Source: Balanoglossus misakiensis
Taxonomy: Eukaryota > Animalia > Hemichordata
Assembly: GCA_040954595.2 (NCBI GenBank)
Contig: CM082591.2
Location: forward strand, 3,457,957 to 3,521,956
Direction: 5' to 3'
DNA: 64,000 nt
Below the pieces are notes generated by a model. It was not told the origin of the DNA and did not search any database. It worked only from the letters and a program-made list of their open reading frames with translations. Positions 27,920 through 41,541 of this stretch are shown here, piece after piece; positions within the stretch are counted from its first letter, which is position 1, and each line of letters opens with the position of its first letter. The translations under genes were made by a program, and so were the position numbers.

Positions 27920-29284
27920 GACGCTGATAGGTGAACACCAGGTGTGAATGTGATGACGTCAACTTTATTATCTGTCATTCCACCAGACTGCATACAATCA
28001 TCTCCCTCTACTGTCTGTGATACAATTCTTTAAATATTGCATGGAATTAAGCCTCCATCCCCTGAAAAAGACCACAGTATTTTTTATGTACAATCCACAT
28101 GTGTTACTGTTGAAAAACCGTGACTGAATTCATCCATGCTGAATTTAAGTCCGGACTAGAATTCAGATGTCAGTATTTGATAGAAAGAAGAACAGTGGCA
28201 AAGTTTAACTTGCCGAAGGAAGTAGTATGAAACGCAATAGTTGATAGTACACAGAGCAAAAAATACTGGAAAATTAATAGCCTAATGTCATGGCTGGCTT
28301 CCCTTTAATTAATAGGTCGGTAATACCCTCCTGGAGTGGCGTTTGCCTTGTTTCTTTCAGATACAATGACCAGAATGTGACGGTACGGTCCTCGACCATT
28401 CTAGAAAAAAAGCCTATCTCACGGTTACCGAGTAAAAAGCATGAGTCACCCGGTCGGTCGCTAATCTCACAAGAGAACATACTAGCTTACTCACAACGTA
28501 CGTATATACTACAATACATGACGTCAACTAAGTCAACTTAGGTGTGGTGGTCAACTTTGACCCGTACTCTTTCACCCTACCCATTGACGCACTTCACGCG
28601 TCAGACCATTCATTCATAACCATTATATTGTTATACTCAGTGGTCTCACAGATCTCTCCCATCGCTCCTTGATGTGTTTTTTTTTTTTCACTTTTCTTGG
28701 TCAGAAAGTCGGGAATATCCATTGTCTCTTGCCAGTGTGAGGCCGGTGAACGGTTGATCAGTCTCCAAGTGTTCAGAAAAATTCGTAGTTTCCATAGATA
28801 CGTAAATGCGGGAGTGACCGTGCGTAAATATACCGGTGTTACTCAGTCCGGAAGCGGTTGTCATCAGGCCATTCGTACACGCTATTTACGCCGTAACAGT
28901 ACACTTGTTGACAGTTATATACTTGTTCGCGTGACCATGTCAAACCACAGTGGTCAAACACTCGGCCAGTGAGTGACTCTGTGTGTACACGAGGAAATTC
29001 GGAGTCTGTCCACCAACTATATCAGAACATAGACAGTCTACGACCAGAAGCAGCCACTCGCGGACAGTTCTTCAGAGACTTGGGACGAGAGCTGCGTAAT
29101 ACCAGTAGTGAAAGTTTTCCCTATCAACTGTGCGCTGCCACCCCGATGTGGCTCAGCTATAATTCATAACGGCGTGTCGCTGTAATTGAATGAACTCACC
29201 CGTACAGCAACGAGATCCTCTCGGAAGATGAAGTTTCTTTCACATCACCTCTGGGCCCAGAGCCGCGGATTTTCGAACGTGAAC

Positions 29285-31557
29285 ATGATGAGTTTTAAGC
29301 AACTTTTTCTGTTCTTGACTATCGTTGTAGTAGTCTCTGAACACGTGACAGCAGCAGAGAAATCACGGACAGAACGGCACGTGCCGAAAAATACCAAATT
29401 TGTGAAATGCGAGGCTGGACAGGAATTCGCCACAAAAGTCCCGAAAGATAATGCCATAACTGACCTCGATGGAAAAGTCCACTCGTTTACGAGTAAAAAG
29501 GGAAAACAAAAGTAAGTTGGACTCAGTATAATTAACAAATCAATACAGCAAGTGAAGTGATAATATCCATCCATCCATCCATCCACCCATCCCTCCCTCC
29601 ATCCATCCATCCATCCATCCATCTACATTGCCAGTATTTTGATTATGTATACTGAAATTTGCCTGTAGCAATACGCAGTAAGGTTTAATGAGAAGGAAAC
29701 GACACGAGACCGTCAAAACCATTTCTTTTGTAATGCAATGTTTACATCTCTCATGTAACCAAACAATTGCCCACGCAAGTATGGCCAACTCTTCACTTGA
29801 CGGGACTCGCACATTCATGCACTTTAACCGGATGTACGTAGTAGCTGTCATCACGCCCATATGCGCGTACGCGTGCAGGAAACTTGAGTGACGTGACACG
29901 GGAGACTTGTGTCCGAGTATTTTACGTATTCAAACACACAAACATCATGGCTAATAGCACCCAGTAGAATGGGCGTTTCCTGGGTTACATATTGGTCAGG
30001 AGGGCCTAACAAGACAAGTTCGTGGTACACATACGGAAAAGGAACAAAGGAAATGTTGCTAAAATACCTGGCAACGATAGAAAAACATAGCACGAGGAAA
30101 TAGAAGGCGTACAATATCATGCGCGAACTTTGTACATATATTAAGACTTGCAATTGACTATAAGGAAATGCAGTCGGGACTTGCGGCAAAATGTATTTTT
30201 TAATCTTTTTTCCTGGTGGTGATTTCGACGCGTTCATGATATGCGCACTGTGTAGTATAAGTAGGATGAGCTGATTTGGGCCCTTTTGTTGCGAACTAGT
30301 GGAATGCCCCAATTTATAAGATTATTCAGTTTTCTTCATAGTTCTAATATCTCTATTTACTTTTTCCATTGTTGCAAAGTATGTTTAACGGCATGGCGTG
30401 GGGGTACAGCAACTGTCATCTTTTATGGTACGTCCCTACAAAGATGGCTACCACTGTAAACCCCACCCATGTCACTTCGTCACATGATTCTTCCAGCCAA
30501 TCAATGGCGACCATACTTTCCCACGAAACATACGAGTGACATAAACTGTTCTTTCCTCCTCAGATTTTACGTTTGCCATACATGCAGTATGTGTGGAGAT
30601 GGCATCCAGCAGATCGCACATTGCCATGAAAACGAGGACACGCAATGCGGGGGCTGTATCGACGCAAGTTACATGTTTGACGAGGCCACAAAATCTTGCC
30701 AGCCCGAGCACGTTATAAAGGGCATAGCCGAAGACGTAGCAGGTACGCTACCTATATAGTTCTGTTTGAACGCACTCATGCATGTTGGGACATACCGTTC
30801 TTTTTTGAGTACTTCAAGTGAACACGAGGATTATCCCCCTCAAGATTTCACACGCAGTCTTTTTTCACGATGCCCAAACCATAATGAATTGAAGCTTACA
30901 TAACAGGCTAAGGGCCAACACAGCACTTGCTGGTGGAACGCGTGAGAGATGGTTGACTATAGCTGAGTCCGTCTTACACATACACAAGTAACGCCCGGAG
31001 TCAAACTTTATGATTAATTGTCAAATTAACCTCTTTTTTCTCTTCTTCAGGGGACAATGTCCAAGCGGATTCTGTGGCTAGCCAAGAATCACAGGAAAAA
31101 ACAACCGACAGGGGAAACGATGCGCCGGCGCAGATCGTTCTGAATGGTGGTGACAGCAGTGATCAATTTGACAACGCCAAGAATGGGCAATTACCTTTGA
31201 AAGGTGGGTTCAGTTTTTGTTTTGTCTTGCGTAAATTCACGAAGAAGCCCTTGTTTTTCTGGCTGGTCGACCCAAAGCTCAGTGTACCGTAGTCTTGTGG
31301 TTGACCGATCACAACCCAATTGAAGGCTGTGCTGTTTCAAATAAATAAATAAGTCTTAAATATTCTCTCTTTTTATGATTTCAGGAGACTCCGGCTCCAA
31401 ACACGAATCGGTCACAGATGATACAAGGAAACCAACCTTAACTGCAGTTGTGGTCGTTTTTTCAGTGGTTGTCTTGGCCCTTCTTATAACTATTGCGGTT
31501 GCCATCGCAAAATGGCGCTCCAGGACGACTGACGACACTGCAAGTGTGCCAGTTTAA
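29285..31557 (+). CDS. TNFR-superfamily-like type I membrane protein, paralog 1 (single extended CRD, no death domain)
   Basis: Exons 29285-29511, 30564-30742, 31051-31203, 31385-31557 (phases 2,1,1). Signal peptide [23 protein letters not shown] (an in-frame upstream ATG at 29228 is possible), CRD C-x37[25 protein letters not shown] then GGC...[10 protein letters not shown], polar stalk, TM ([23 protein letters not shown]), 15-aa tail ending SVPV. Confidence 0.85.
29565..29623. repeat. (CCAT)n microsatellite in intron 1 of TNFR-like paralog 1
   Basis: Direct reading. Confidence 0.9.
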
Positions 31558-33104
31558 AGGCCCATACCTGTTGACGTGGGCATTTCTGCGGACAGAAACA
31601 ATAGACCTTTTTTGTCTGTGCAAGGAACTGTTTATTGTGGGAACAAAAGGTCAGCTCACCGTGAATTTAATGCCCTTTATGTCTTTTTTTATATGGAAGA
31701 GGCCTCCGCGCAAATCTCATACTAGTGACTCTTGCCTCGTCCAATAATTATGGGTGGCCGCTGCCGAACAAAAATTGCCAAACCGCACACTTGAACTCGC
31801 TGTGAACTTCGGTGTAAATGCGACTTCATATATTGTTTAAAGAAAATGTGCTTGCTTCTTTTTTTTTAGATATGAAGAAAATTTACATATGAAGTTAAAA
31901 GTGTGCAATGTAGCATTATTTATCAAATTTTTCAATCGTGAATTGTACATGTTGTGTAATGCCATGATAATTTATGACAGTATTTAATGACCCACCGGAA
32001 AAGCGGATGAGACGGGCATTATTTAAGTCGTTTTCAGAGTGGTTGCATGCACAAATCTTTCTGTGTTACTTTGATTCGTCTCAATATACCGCGTGACAAT
32101 TTGGCGAACTTTTCTATTTATCCTTAGAGACAAGAGACTTAATTTTTATAAAATGTTATTTATATTTTTCCAACTTATAAATAAAAACTATTTGACTATA
32201 ACATGGCAATAGAGGATTTCCCATTCATAAGCAACACGAATCGTGAATGACTTCAAGACAGTTTATTTAACGGACACGAAACAAACAAGCTAATCACCCA
32301 AATAGCGGCATGCTAGTCTATATATAATATGACTTAAAATAGCTACTATATGTTTGTTAAAGCCAGAGACGTCATACCGCTCTCTAAAAGCAAGTTGTAA
32401 ATTTACTATAGCACGTGGACTGCTCATTGTTTACCTTGACAACAGATAAACAACTCAGTGACCGGTAGCTCAACGACGTAGCTATAGAGTGGTATTGTTC
32501 CACAAACATGACCATGTTTATTTCATTTTTGTCACGGTACGGATCATAACAAGCCCCCTTTAAGACAAAGGCGAGCTCTCAAACGTCCATAACAAGTTTC
32601 CAGAAACTACGTAATAGTGGGTTATTGTCCACAACATGCGTATATGTAGACGTAGACAAAAGATTGTTCTTGAGTGTGCGCGAGTCGATGTGACGTCAAA
32701 TGCGATAAGATGCCATAAAGAGAATGACTCATGCAAGTGTGGTATAAAATCAGATTGTCTTGAGTTACCACATCGAGCACACCGTAACGCAGATGCGTTG
32801 TCACTTTTTGTCGGTCACCCGCCAAGGACAAAAGTCACCGAACTATTGCCGTGTCCTCAACTCGACCTACAACTGTGGCCCAGTGTGTGACCTACTAGTA
32901 CGTCATTGTTTATTTATAGACGCGCCCTCTTTTGCGGTTCACAACGATCTATGGTCACACACAACCAGAGAGAACGAAGTGACCGACGTGGAGAAACATA
33001 AAGCGCATTCCGTGTAAACTACTCTCTCGGTCCACGCGCGTCGCCAACATTCAGATCTGAACATTCACCTCATATCCGAAGTTCGAATAGTTACCTGGTA
33101 CACT

Positions 33105-33110
33105 TATAAA
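33105..33110 (+). promoter_or_regulatory. Candidate TATA box of TNFR-like paralog 2
   Basis: CACTTATAAA ~140 bp upstream of the ATG; the same CACTTATAAA occurs upstream of paralog 3 (37526-37535). Confidence 0.5.
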
Positions 33111-33246
33111 GCTGCGAAAGAAGTGGTTCTTCTTGGTCCAAAAACAACTTTGAAAAACTTCAAACTTGGTGGTAACTGTAGGACAAGGGGTATACTAGTA
33201 CTAGTAGTACACAACAAACCCCGACCACAGCAGAATCTCCGGCGTC

Positions 33247-35071
33247 ATGAAGATCACACTCGGAGCGGCGATTTTCCTGCTACTAGCGGCGGCAGAAGTC
33301 CAATCTTCCGTTGCAGACTCACGGAACACCGTCGCTATTCTGCCGGACGCCTACACCAAGTATAAAGACTGTCGCGCGGGCGTCGAGTATGGAGTACAAG
33401 AGCACAAGCGCGATATACAAGAAGCCGATATCAGCAAATACCACACGTTCATCAACAAACAAGGCAGACAAAAGTAAGTTTGTATTGTAATGTGTTGTTT
33501 TACCACACTTGTGTTTTGCTTTATGCGCAGTGCATGTGCGAGAACAGTTCACCAGGTATATTTTTCTGTCTTTTCTCAAGGCCAATATTGGCCTTATGGT
33601 AATAGTCGGACAAAAGTAAATTCTAGAATAGCTCAAAAACTTAAAGATAATTTTATATAACTTATATCGGTTGATGCCCACACGCTGCCCCCCTCCCCGG
33701 TCTGCGACACTCCATTGCCACATGCAGACTGCAGGAAAACAATAGTACACAATTGTTCTCTGCAAGAACAGGGGTTGGGTTTACAGACGCGACAAGGAAA
33801 TACAAAAATCGACACGAATAGAGAATATATTGCACGTGTTGGTACCGTGTATACGAGGAAAAAGAAATTGATAAGACTTCGGCAGGTAGCCAAAATAACA
33901 AGGGTAAAGTTCTAGGACACACATTGTGGCGTAACCACAAGGAAAACACCGGCTGTAAATATCAATACCAGCATTGTTCCAGAAAATGTTACGCCCAGTT
34001 GCTGATATCTGGCAAAACATCAGTCTTTTTCCTGCAGTAATTTGTTGAGTCACTCACACGTATGCGCGTCAGCATTTTCCTTGGCACTGAGACTTTTGAC
34101 TGCTTTTATTTCAGAAAAAACATCCATTTTCTCTAACTTCAGCTAACTGCATCACTTTTTCCCCTCCCTCTAGATATTACTACTGTCGTGCCTGCAGTAT
34201 GTGCGGAGATGGAATGATACAGAAAAGTGCATGCCGGGAAGGTGACGACACAAAGTGTGGAGGCTGCATAGATCCCAGTCACATGTACGATCCAGCTACA
34301 AAATCGTGTCAGCCCATCGTTGTCGTTCTTGGACTGGAACAACACATACCAGGTATTACATTTTGTTTGGAATATCCTGACAGATGATGTATTCCTTATC
34401 AATTTTATATTCTGTGTGAAATTTCAATTCATTGTACTACACTGTACTACACTACACTGTACTGTAGGCTACACTGAGCTTATTGTCCTGCACTATACTG
34501 CACTGAACTGAACTGATCTGTTTACTGTTTTGTATATTTCCAGTAGGAGAAGTCTTATTCTACGAACGTGACAGACCAGCGTCTTTGTCAGAATCGTCAC
34601 ATCAAGAGAATGGCGAAGAGAAGACACAAGAGCAAACAAATACTGACAACAATGCGCCAGATATTCTAGGCCATGCTGTTACAGAAGATGACAAGAACGC
34701 GAGGAAAGGTATTTAGAGCACTTAGCAACTCAAAGATTAGTCATGACAATGTGATTAACAAGGAGCACGTGACACGGAAATACACAAATTGCCTTCACAG
34801 CAACGCTATAATTAACGGCGACTTGACAAACAACATGCAAGAAAAAATCCGAAATAATTGCATATACTTTTTTTTTCTTTCAGAAGGAGCAGACTGTCAC
34901 GTCAAAATTCGAACTGATCCCAAACCATTTACATTCTACATGTATATAGCCAGTATTGCAATCTCCTCTCTCTTGGTGACCATCATTGTGGGTGCAATAC
35001 TATTTTTCATCCGACGATGCCGTCATCAACAGCGGGAAAAATCAACCAGTCCTCCGCAGTCGCCAGTCTGA
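33247..35071 (+). CDS. TNFR-superfamily-like type I membrane protein, paralog 2
   Basis: Exons 33247-33473, 34174-34352, 34544-34708, 34884-35071 (phases 2,1,1). Signal peptide MKITLGAAIFLLLAAAEVQS, C-x37-CRACSMCGDGMIQKSACREGDDTKC-GGC...YDPATKSC, TM, tail RRCRHQQREKSTSPPQSPV. Confidence 0.87.
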
Positions 35072-37516
35072 GCAGAAATATATATTATCGACATTTTAGA
35101 AGTATTTCCATAACGTGCAATTTTCAAAGGTATAGGAACGAGAGCGTACAGTAGACGAACTGTACTTGTCTCTCCAGCAACAGAGCGTCAAACCGAGGCT
35201 CTTGCACCTGCGCAGTTCCCCAAGCAACGGACATAACTTTGTGTCAGCGGACACTAAACGTATTCAGAATGAAATTCATTTTCTTCTCTAAACGTCAACA
35301 CTTCTCGGGTGAAATCTTCAAAACGAGTACCGAATATAAACCAAGTATCTGGAGGCAAATAAGGCAATCGAAATTGACCTCAACGATACCTCTATCCCGT
35401 CATGCATCACCTGAATTACTGCAACCGGAAGCAAAGTAACACAAATTTGAAAGCGAGACATTTAACTGGACAAAACACGTGATTAGCTCAAAGGCTCATG
35501 TCGGAACAGATGCACCATATCTGTATATTTGACCGTACATTATCACACGTTTTACTTTTCTTATTTGTACAGCTGGATTTGTACAAAAAATAGTTTTATA
35601 AATTTATATAAGTATGTTGGACTACATCGACATTTTCACTGAAGCGAAGAATTAACTTATATTTCAATGGATATCTCTGTCAAACTTTTTACCAAATGCT
35701 GCTGGCTGGCATATAATTGTATTCTCATTAATTTCAATGTATTTTATTTTTATTTAAAGAATACTTTTTTGTAATAAAGTAAAGTAATTATTTTGCATGA
35801 AATAAACTTAAATTGAAATTATTTTATACTGAGCCTGACACTTATTTTTTTCAGACAAATATAATTTATTTCTTCAGAGCTATATCATGACCAAAAATGA
35901 CTTTATAAAAGTGAAATATCCCACTTCTGGTTGACGTGGGATAATCTGAAAACACAGCAATCAAACAATCAAACGTTAATCGCGTTCCATACCTCGTGAC
36001 CAGCAGCGATGACTTGTATTATCCAGAAAGAAACAAGTAGCTTTGAAAATTGTAATCCATTTATCGCTCACAAACCGAAGCATTTAACCTTACACTTTCG
36101 TTTAGTTCCACCGTGGCGTCAGATGTATTTTTGTAGGCCGGAGAACTGTGATAAGTTTGAGTATTGCTCAGAAATTTCTACCCTTCAATGTTGTCGAAAT
36201 CGTCCGCGACTTAATACCTTTCCCCATTGTCGAAAAGACAAAATTACAGCAGAAGCATTTATGTACACACGGCTATTTGTATTTAGAAATAGTGGAAATT
36301 CCCACGCAACGACGCATGCGTGAGAGAACATTAATGGAGCACACACCTATTACCTGTCTGTCTATTTTTAGACTTGGGAAATCCAGTGACTGAATAGCAC
36401 CTGATGGATCATTGACCTTTGCCCCGGTGACGCAGTACAGTGACGCACTTGCAACGGGCGTTACTTTTGAATGAGAGCCTGCCTTTTAAGGAAATGGTTT
36501 CGTATAGGACCCTTGCCAACCCCCAAAGTCCATACCGAAACACTCTTCCAACAGATCAAGAGTACTCTCACATAGCTGATCCCTTCTGCCGGCGCCCGTC
36601 CAACTTTTCATTCTCTTTAGAACGTGGCTTGAACGTGTGAAGCCGTTATCCTGTCTTATTTGGCCTTGGAAGTTTCTTCGTCTCAACTTCTTGACCCCCC
36701 AAAATGAACTCACAGTCCGCTAACTCGTGACTGCCTAATAATCAGTATGACCCACACATATTCGCTAAAGGTCACTGACTTTCTCCGGCCAGAGCACGCA
36801 TACGCACATAGCACTGCACCAAAGTACAATGAAAACGGTTTGAGCTGCACAGAAGGAATGTACTGACCATCGATTTTTTTTCTATCAACACAGTTAAAAG
36901 ACACATTGTATCCTTTTCCCATTCAAGGCGTAAATGGAACGCCACCTGTTGTCTAGACCGCTTTGGTAACAATGTATCACCCGAAACAAAACACAACCAG
37001 ATTTCTTCTCGGGTTTTGACACGTCCCTTTGTTAGACTTGCAACAATTTATACAATAATTGTTTCTTTTCAACCGAGACTGGCAACAATTTATTCAATCA
37101 CGCAACTTTGTTTCTTATCAATGTTCAGTACGATTCTTCTGTGAAGCTGAATCCGTTTTGATTGTACTATAACTGTTTCAGGTGAGCACAACGCCAGGCA
37201 GCGTAGAAAGACTCTCCTCAAGCGTCGATCTCTCGAAAAAGAGAGATGTCTACGCAGTCCCTACATTGACTGTGGGCCAGAATCCGACAAGCATTCTCGA
37301 GTAGACCAGTTTTATCTGGAATGGGAAATAATCATACTGGGTCCGTCGAAGTGGTCGTATTGACGCTGATGACTCACGAATTCGGAGAGCGATTGCGTTG
37401 GTCACTCGGCTCTCTTCGAGTCGCCCGAGCAGCCATAACGCTTGTCAGGTGTTATGCCGCTGCCACCCACTCATATGATCGCCCCCACAGAAACCTACAG
37501 ATCCCTTAGATCGATA

Positions 37517-37536
37517 CCAATATTGCACTTATAAAA
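37517..37536 (+). promoter_or_regulatory. Candidate CCAAT + TATA (TATAAAA) promoter of TNFR-like paralog 3
   Basis: CCAATATTGCACTTATAAAAG, with an AP-1 site TGACTCA at 37370-37376. Confidence 0.4.
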
Positions 37537-38097
37537 GTGGACGCCGCATGCTCCAACAAGAACTCACTGCTCAAGGAAGAACTGAGACAAGACGGCGTAC
37601 CCAAACACAACGGGGGAAATGATACACTTTCAACTTGAAAACAGAAAACTAAAACTAAGGTCTCCGTCATCCTAAGTTGTAGTGGGCGCAGACATTGAGA
37701 AAGATACCGTATTAGAGTGATTCATTTTTCAAAGAAAAAAAACGATGTCGCGTGCTGATTAGACGCATATTACTCGGAAAACTTCGTGCCTGTGTTACAT
37801 ATTCTGGAGAGCGGTTGTAGCCCAAACGTGCGTTCAAATCTGCGATTTGTATTGCACAACTCCAAAAGCGAAAGACGAATATTTTCGCCTTTGTATAGAT
37901 ACGCCCACGACATTGGAACGCACTGCGCACCCATCAAGTGAAGGACGCATAGCCTCCTCGGGCGCACCTCTCTAAACTTCGTGTGGACACTCTTTGCCGA
38001 GGCTATGAGATGCTCACCACAGCTCGCCGACTTGACGGTCATTCTGGAGCCAAGTGAGCTCTTTGGAAGCGACTCAATCGCTCACCTATCCGCCAGA

Positions 38098-39777
38098 ATG
38101 TTGCTTTTAATCGAAGTGATTCTGATAGCAACCGTTTCGTCCGTCACGGTGGCAGAGTCAGGCCGCCGTGGAGATTATTGCAAAGGGGAGACGGTTTACC
38201 CGAAGTACCCACAATGCCGATGTGGGGAGGAATTTGTTCAGTTGGTCAAAAAGAAGAACATACCAGATGATGACCTTGGGAAAATTCACCAGACGGACAT
38301 GAACGGTCACATTAGGTATGCGTTGTTATGACTACTTGGGATTTAGGATTTTCCCACTACTGCCAGCCCACGTTTGCAAACAGGAAACATATATACTAGT
38401 ACATGTATGACTTTTAAAATAATATTTAGCCTTTCTAAATGTAGAAACTTTCCCATGTAACCAGATTTTTGACTCTCCTGTAAAACCATGGAACTATTTT
38501 GCATTGATTATACATTTTATAAAACTTCATTGTTTGGGTTAAGACTTTGTTAGGTTTATCGAAAGTGAAATCATGTGTATTTATGGTTCTATACATGCAT
38601 ACATAGACACACACGTACATCATGGACTAACCATGGTCTGACAGTACTTCTTGGCCGCGACAGCACGCACATTACGGCACCACCAACGTCGGGGTCCCTT
38701 TGCTTATACCAAGCTTATAACCGACAAAAGATAAACGAGCCGTGCTGTCTTCTTTTACACAGGCACTACATATGCAGGACGTGCTCGATCTGCGAAGACG
38801 GTGTAGAGCAGATAGCACCCTGTCGAGGCAAACAGGACACTATGTGCGGCGGTTGCGCCAAAGAGAACCACATATATGATAACGCCACGAAAACGTGCTC
38901 ACCTACATCATACGTCATCGGCGGGGATCCAGAAAAACCGTCAGGTAATCATGGACGATTTGTGATAGCATCTTTCAGACTGTGGCCACTCTCTGAAAAC
39001 GTGAAAAAAAATACACCCAGTAAATTTAATGAAAACATCGCATCACACTGTAATAAAATGGTTCGAAGTCTAACACTTTACTTGTCTAGTTCGTCGCCAT
39101 TTTGTGGTCAGTACTATAAAAACTTCCATGAAATAAATGAAAGCACAAGAGACCAACTTAAACCAATTAATTTTAAACCGTTGCATAAAAAATTGTGTGT
39201 TTTATGTTTAAACTATATGGGTGCATATATGACAGAAATAATGTGAATTGTTGTCGTTCTTGCAGTCACCTCCCGTCCGACAGTTCAGAAAAGCAAACAT
39301 ACAGTGACGTCACGGGCCATATTTGGAAAAACGACATCTATAAATCGGACAACTAACTTGCATGGGTCTACAGTAAGGTCAACGTACGAAGATGTCAACA
39401 GGGGAACGTTGTCACAGCAGGCTGACGGTATGTGAAGGGCGCCTTCTTGCATTTGGGTATTTCAGTCACTTTGTTTTTATTATCAACGCCCACACTATTT
39501 TCTTCTCTTGTTTACAGACGATAAAAGTATTGATATGCAAGTTTCTGCTGCTGGAAAGGAAAATATCCGCTCGTCGACAGATCAGGATTTCTCCGGATTT
39601 TACACAGTAGTTGTTGTGTCTGCTGTCCTTGCTATTGTGGTCGTCTCGGTTTTGTTTGTAGTTTTTGTAACGAGGGCACACGTCTGTCGCGGCAAACCAA
39701 GACAAGGTATACGTACAAACGGAAGCGCGGACGTTTTTCTGTCGGAGGGCGGAAGTAGTGAGGTGGCACAGGTGTGA
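38098..39777 (+). CDS. TNFR-superfamily-like type I membrane protein, paralog 3
   Basis: Exons 38098-38315, 38763-38944, 39266-39427, 39518-39777 (phases 2,1,1). Signal peptide MLLLIEVILIATVSSVTVA, C-x36-CRTCSICEDGVEQIAPCRGKQDTMC-GGC...YDNATKTC with two extra N-terminal Cys, Thr/Ser-rich stalk, TM, 34-aa tail ending EVAQV. Confidence 0.85.
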
Positions 39778-41541
39778 AATGGTCAGGGCTGTAGCGTAGT
39801 GATCTGTCATGATCGTCCGGAGTTCGGACAGCCCGAGTTGAGCGTCTGTGTATGGATCTAGAAGGGTACTCGCGACTGGGATTAAAAACTTTCGGGGGAA
39901 AACTGGCGCAAGAAAAATACTTTGTCTACATACCGTCGTGGGTCAGTGGGATGGATGAGCATCGGGGTAGCAACAATGCTTGGCTGTTGTTTTTCTGGGG
40001 TTTCTCGATTTGATAACAAGAGTGTTTTGAATGTTTGGTAACTTAACTGGCCATTGAGAGATCAGTAAAAAGGTGAATTGGTATCCATTGTGTACATATT
40101 ACTTGTGTATATTTTTCGCTCTTTATGTACATTGTTTGAATAAAAAAAGAGAAATATTTCATTATTTTGATGAAAACAAGTATTGCTTATTACTTTTGAG
40201 GTAATATTGCGAATGCCGGTACCAATGAAACCGCAAGACATAGCGTACTAATGTACTAATCCCAGTTTGCAAAATATTCCTTCATCTCGATAAAGATCGA
40301 CGAATCCTTTGATGATATACACTAGAATCACCCAAACAACGACCTCTCCTCATTAATCTAACAGACGCACAACTTCGACTCGCCATCAGTGAAATAAATC
40401 GACAAGTTTACAAGCGATAGGGATCACAGATCACACGGAAACTTTGACAAATGATATCTAGCATCCGCCCCCAAAGTTCAAATAGCTCAGTACCTCTCTT
40501 TGTCTCGAAAAATGCCTGGATTGGCGGATTTTTCACGCACTATAAAACTGCCAAAAAGCCATAACACAGATTACTGGTTAACTATTTCTACCACCCCGGG
40601 GATAACACCACACTGCAACCTTAATTCGCTATCTTGTCAACAATCGCCTGGCCCGCCCGAACGCACAGTCAACAATTTCAAAATGGCTGCCACTCCACAT
40701 TTTAGTTCCTTGTGGATCTTCCGACATGACACCATTCATGACGTCTTCAGTGCATTATCGTGGTATCAGCTGTATTGATTACCGAACTTCTGAGCAAATA
40801 TTCGTCCATATTAGTATATGAGATGCGTAGCAGCTAATCAAACGACCTTGGGCACGATATGATAATTTTGCTCTGACGAAGACAATTATTTACACCCGTA
40901 CCGAACAATGCATTGTGTGTAATTATTTCAGGCCAGGCAGTGTACATGTACATTAACTTGACCTATCTATAAAGGCCACCTGTAGGAAGTCCATTGACTG
41001 GACGCTATAGACAGGTTTGACTGTACTTGCAGGACACGACAGACGATATACATGACAGTAAAGACGCGCGTGTTATCGCCAAACACACGAAACTTTATCA
41101 CGCCATGAAACACTAAACAGTTGGTGCAACGCATCAACTAGACTATTGAAGATGCCCTCCACAGACAACTTGTTTATCGGGGGCCATCGGTTCATCATTG
41201 ATAACGGTCTCGAATCTGACCACCTCTCTCATTAATCTCTGGTAATTTTTAACAAACAAACAATCACGCTATGCATTATTATCGGACTTGTACATCTAAG
41301 TCAACAGACGCATCTTCAAGCCCAAAACGACAACCGTCGTTTGCTTGCAGCAAGCGGTAGAATTCTTGCCCGTCTCCCCAGCTAACACTTCTATCACCAG
41401 GTTTCCTTCGAGGGCTTGGGAACTTGGTGCAAAACAGTTGCAAAGATTCTCTGGTAGTTAGATTACTTGTAAAAGAGGCGGTTTGCTTCTATTTTGGCCG
41501 GAGGAAGTTTGGGGGACAGTGGGGCGTAACCGCCGAACAAG

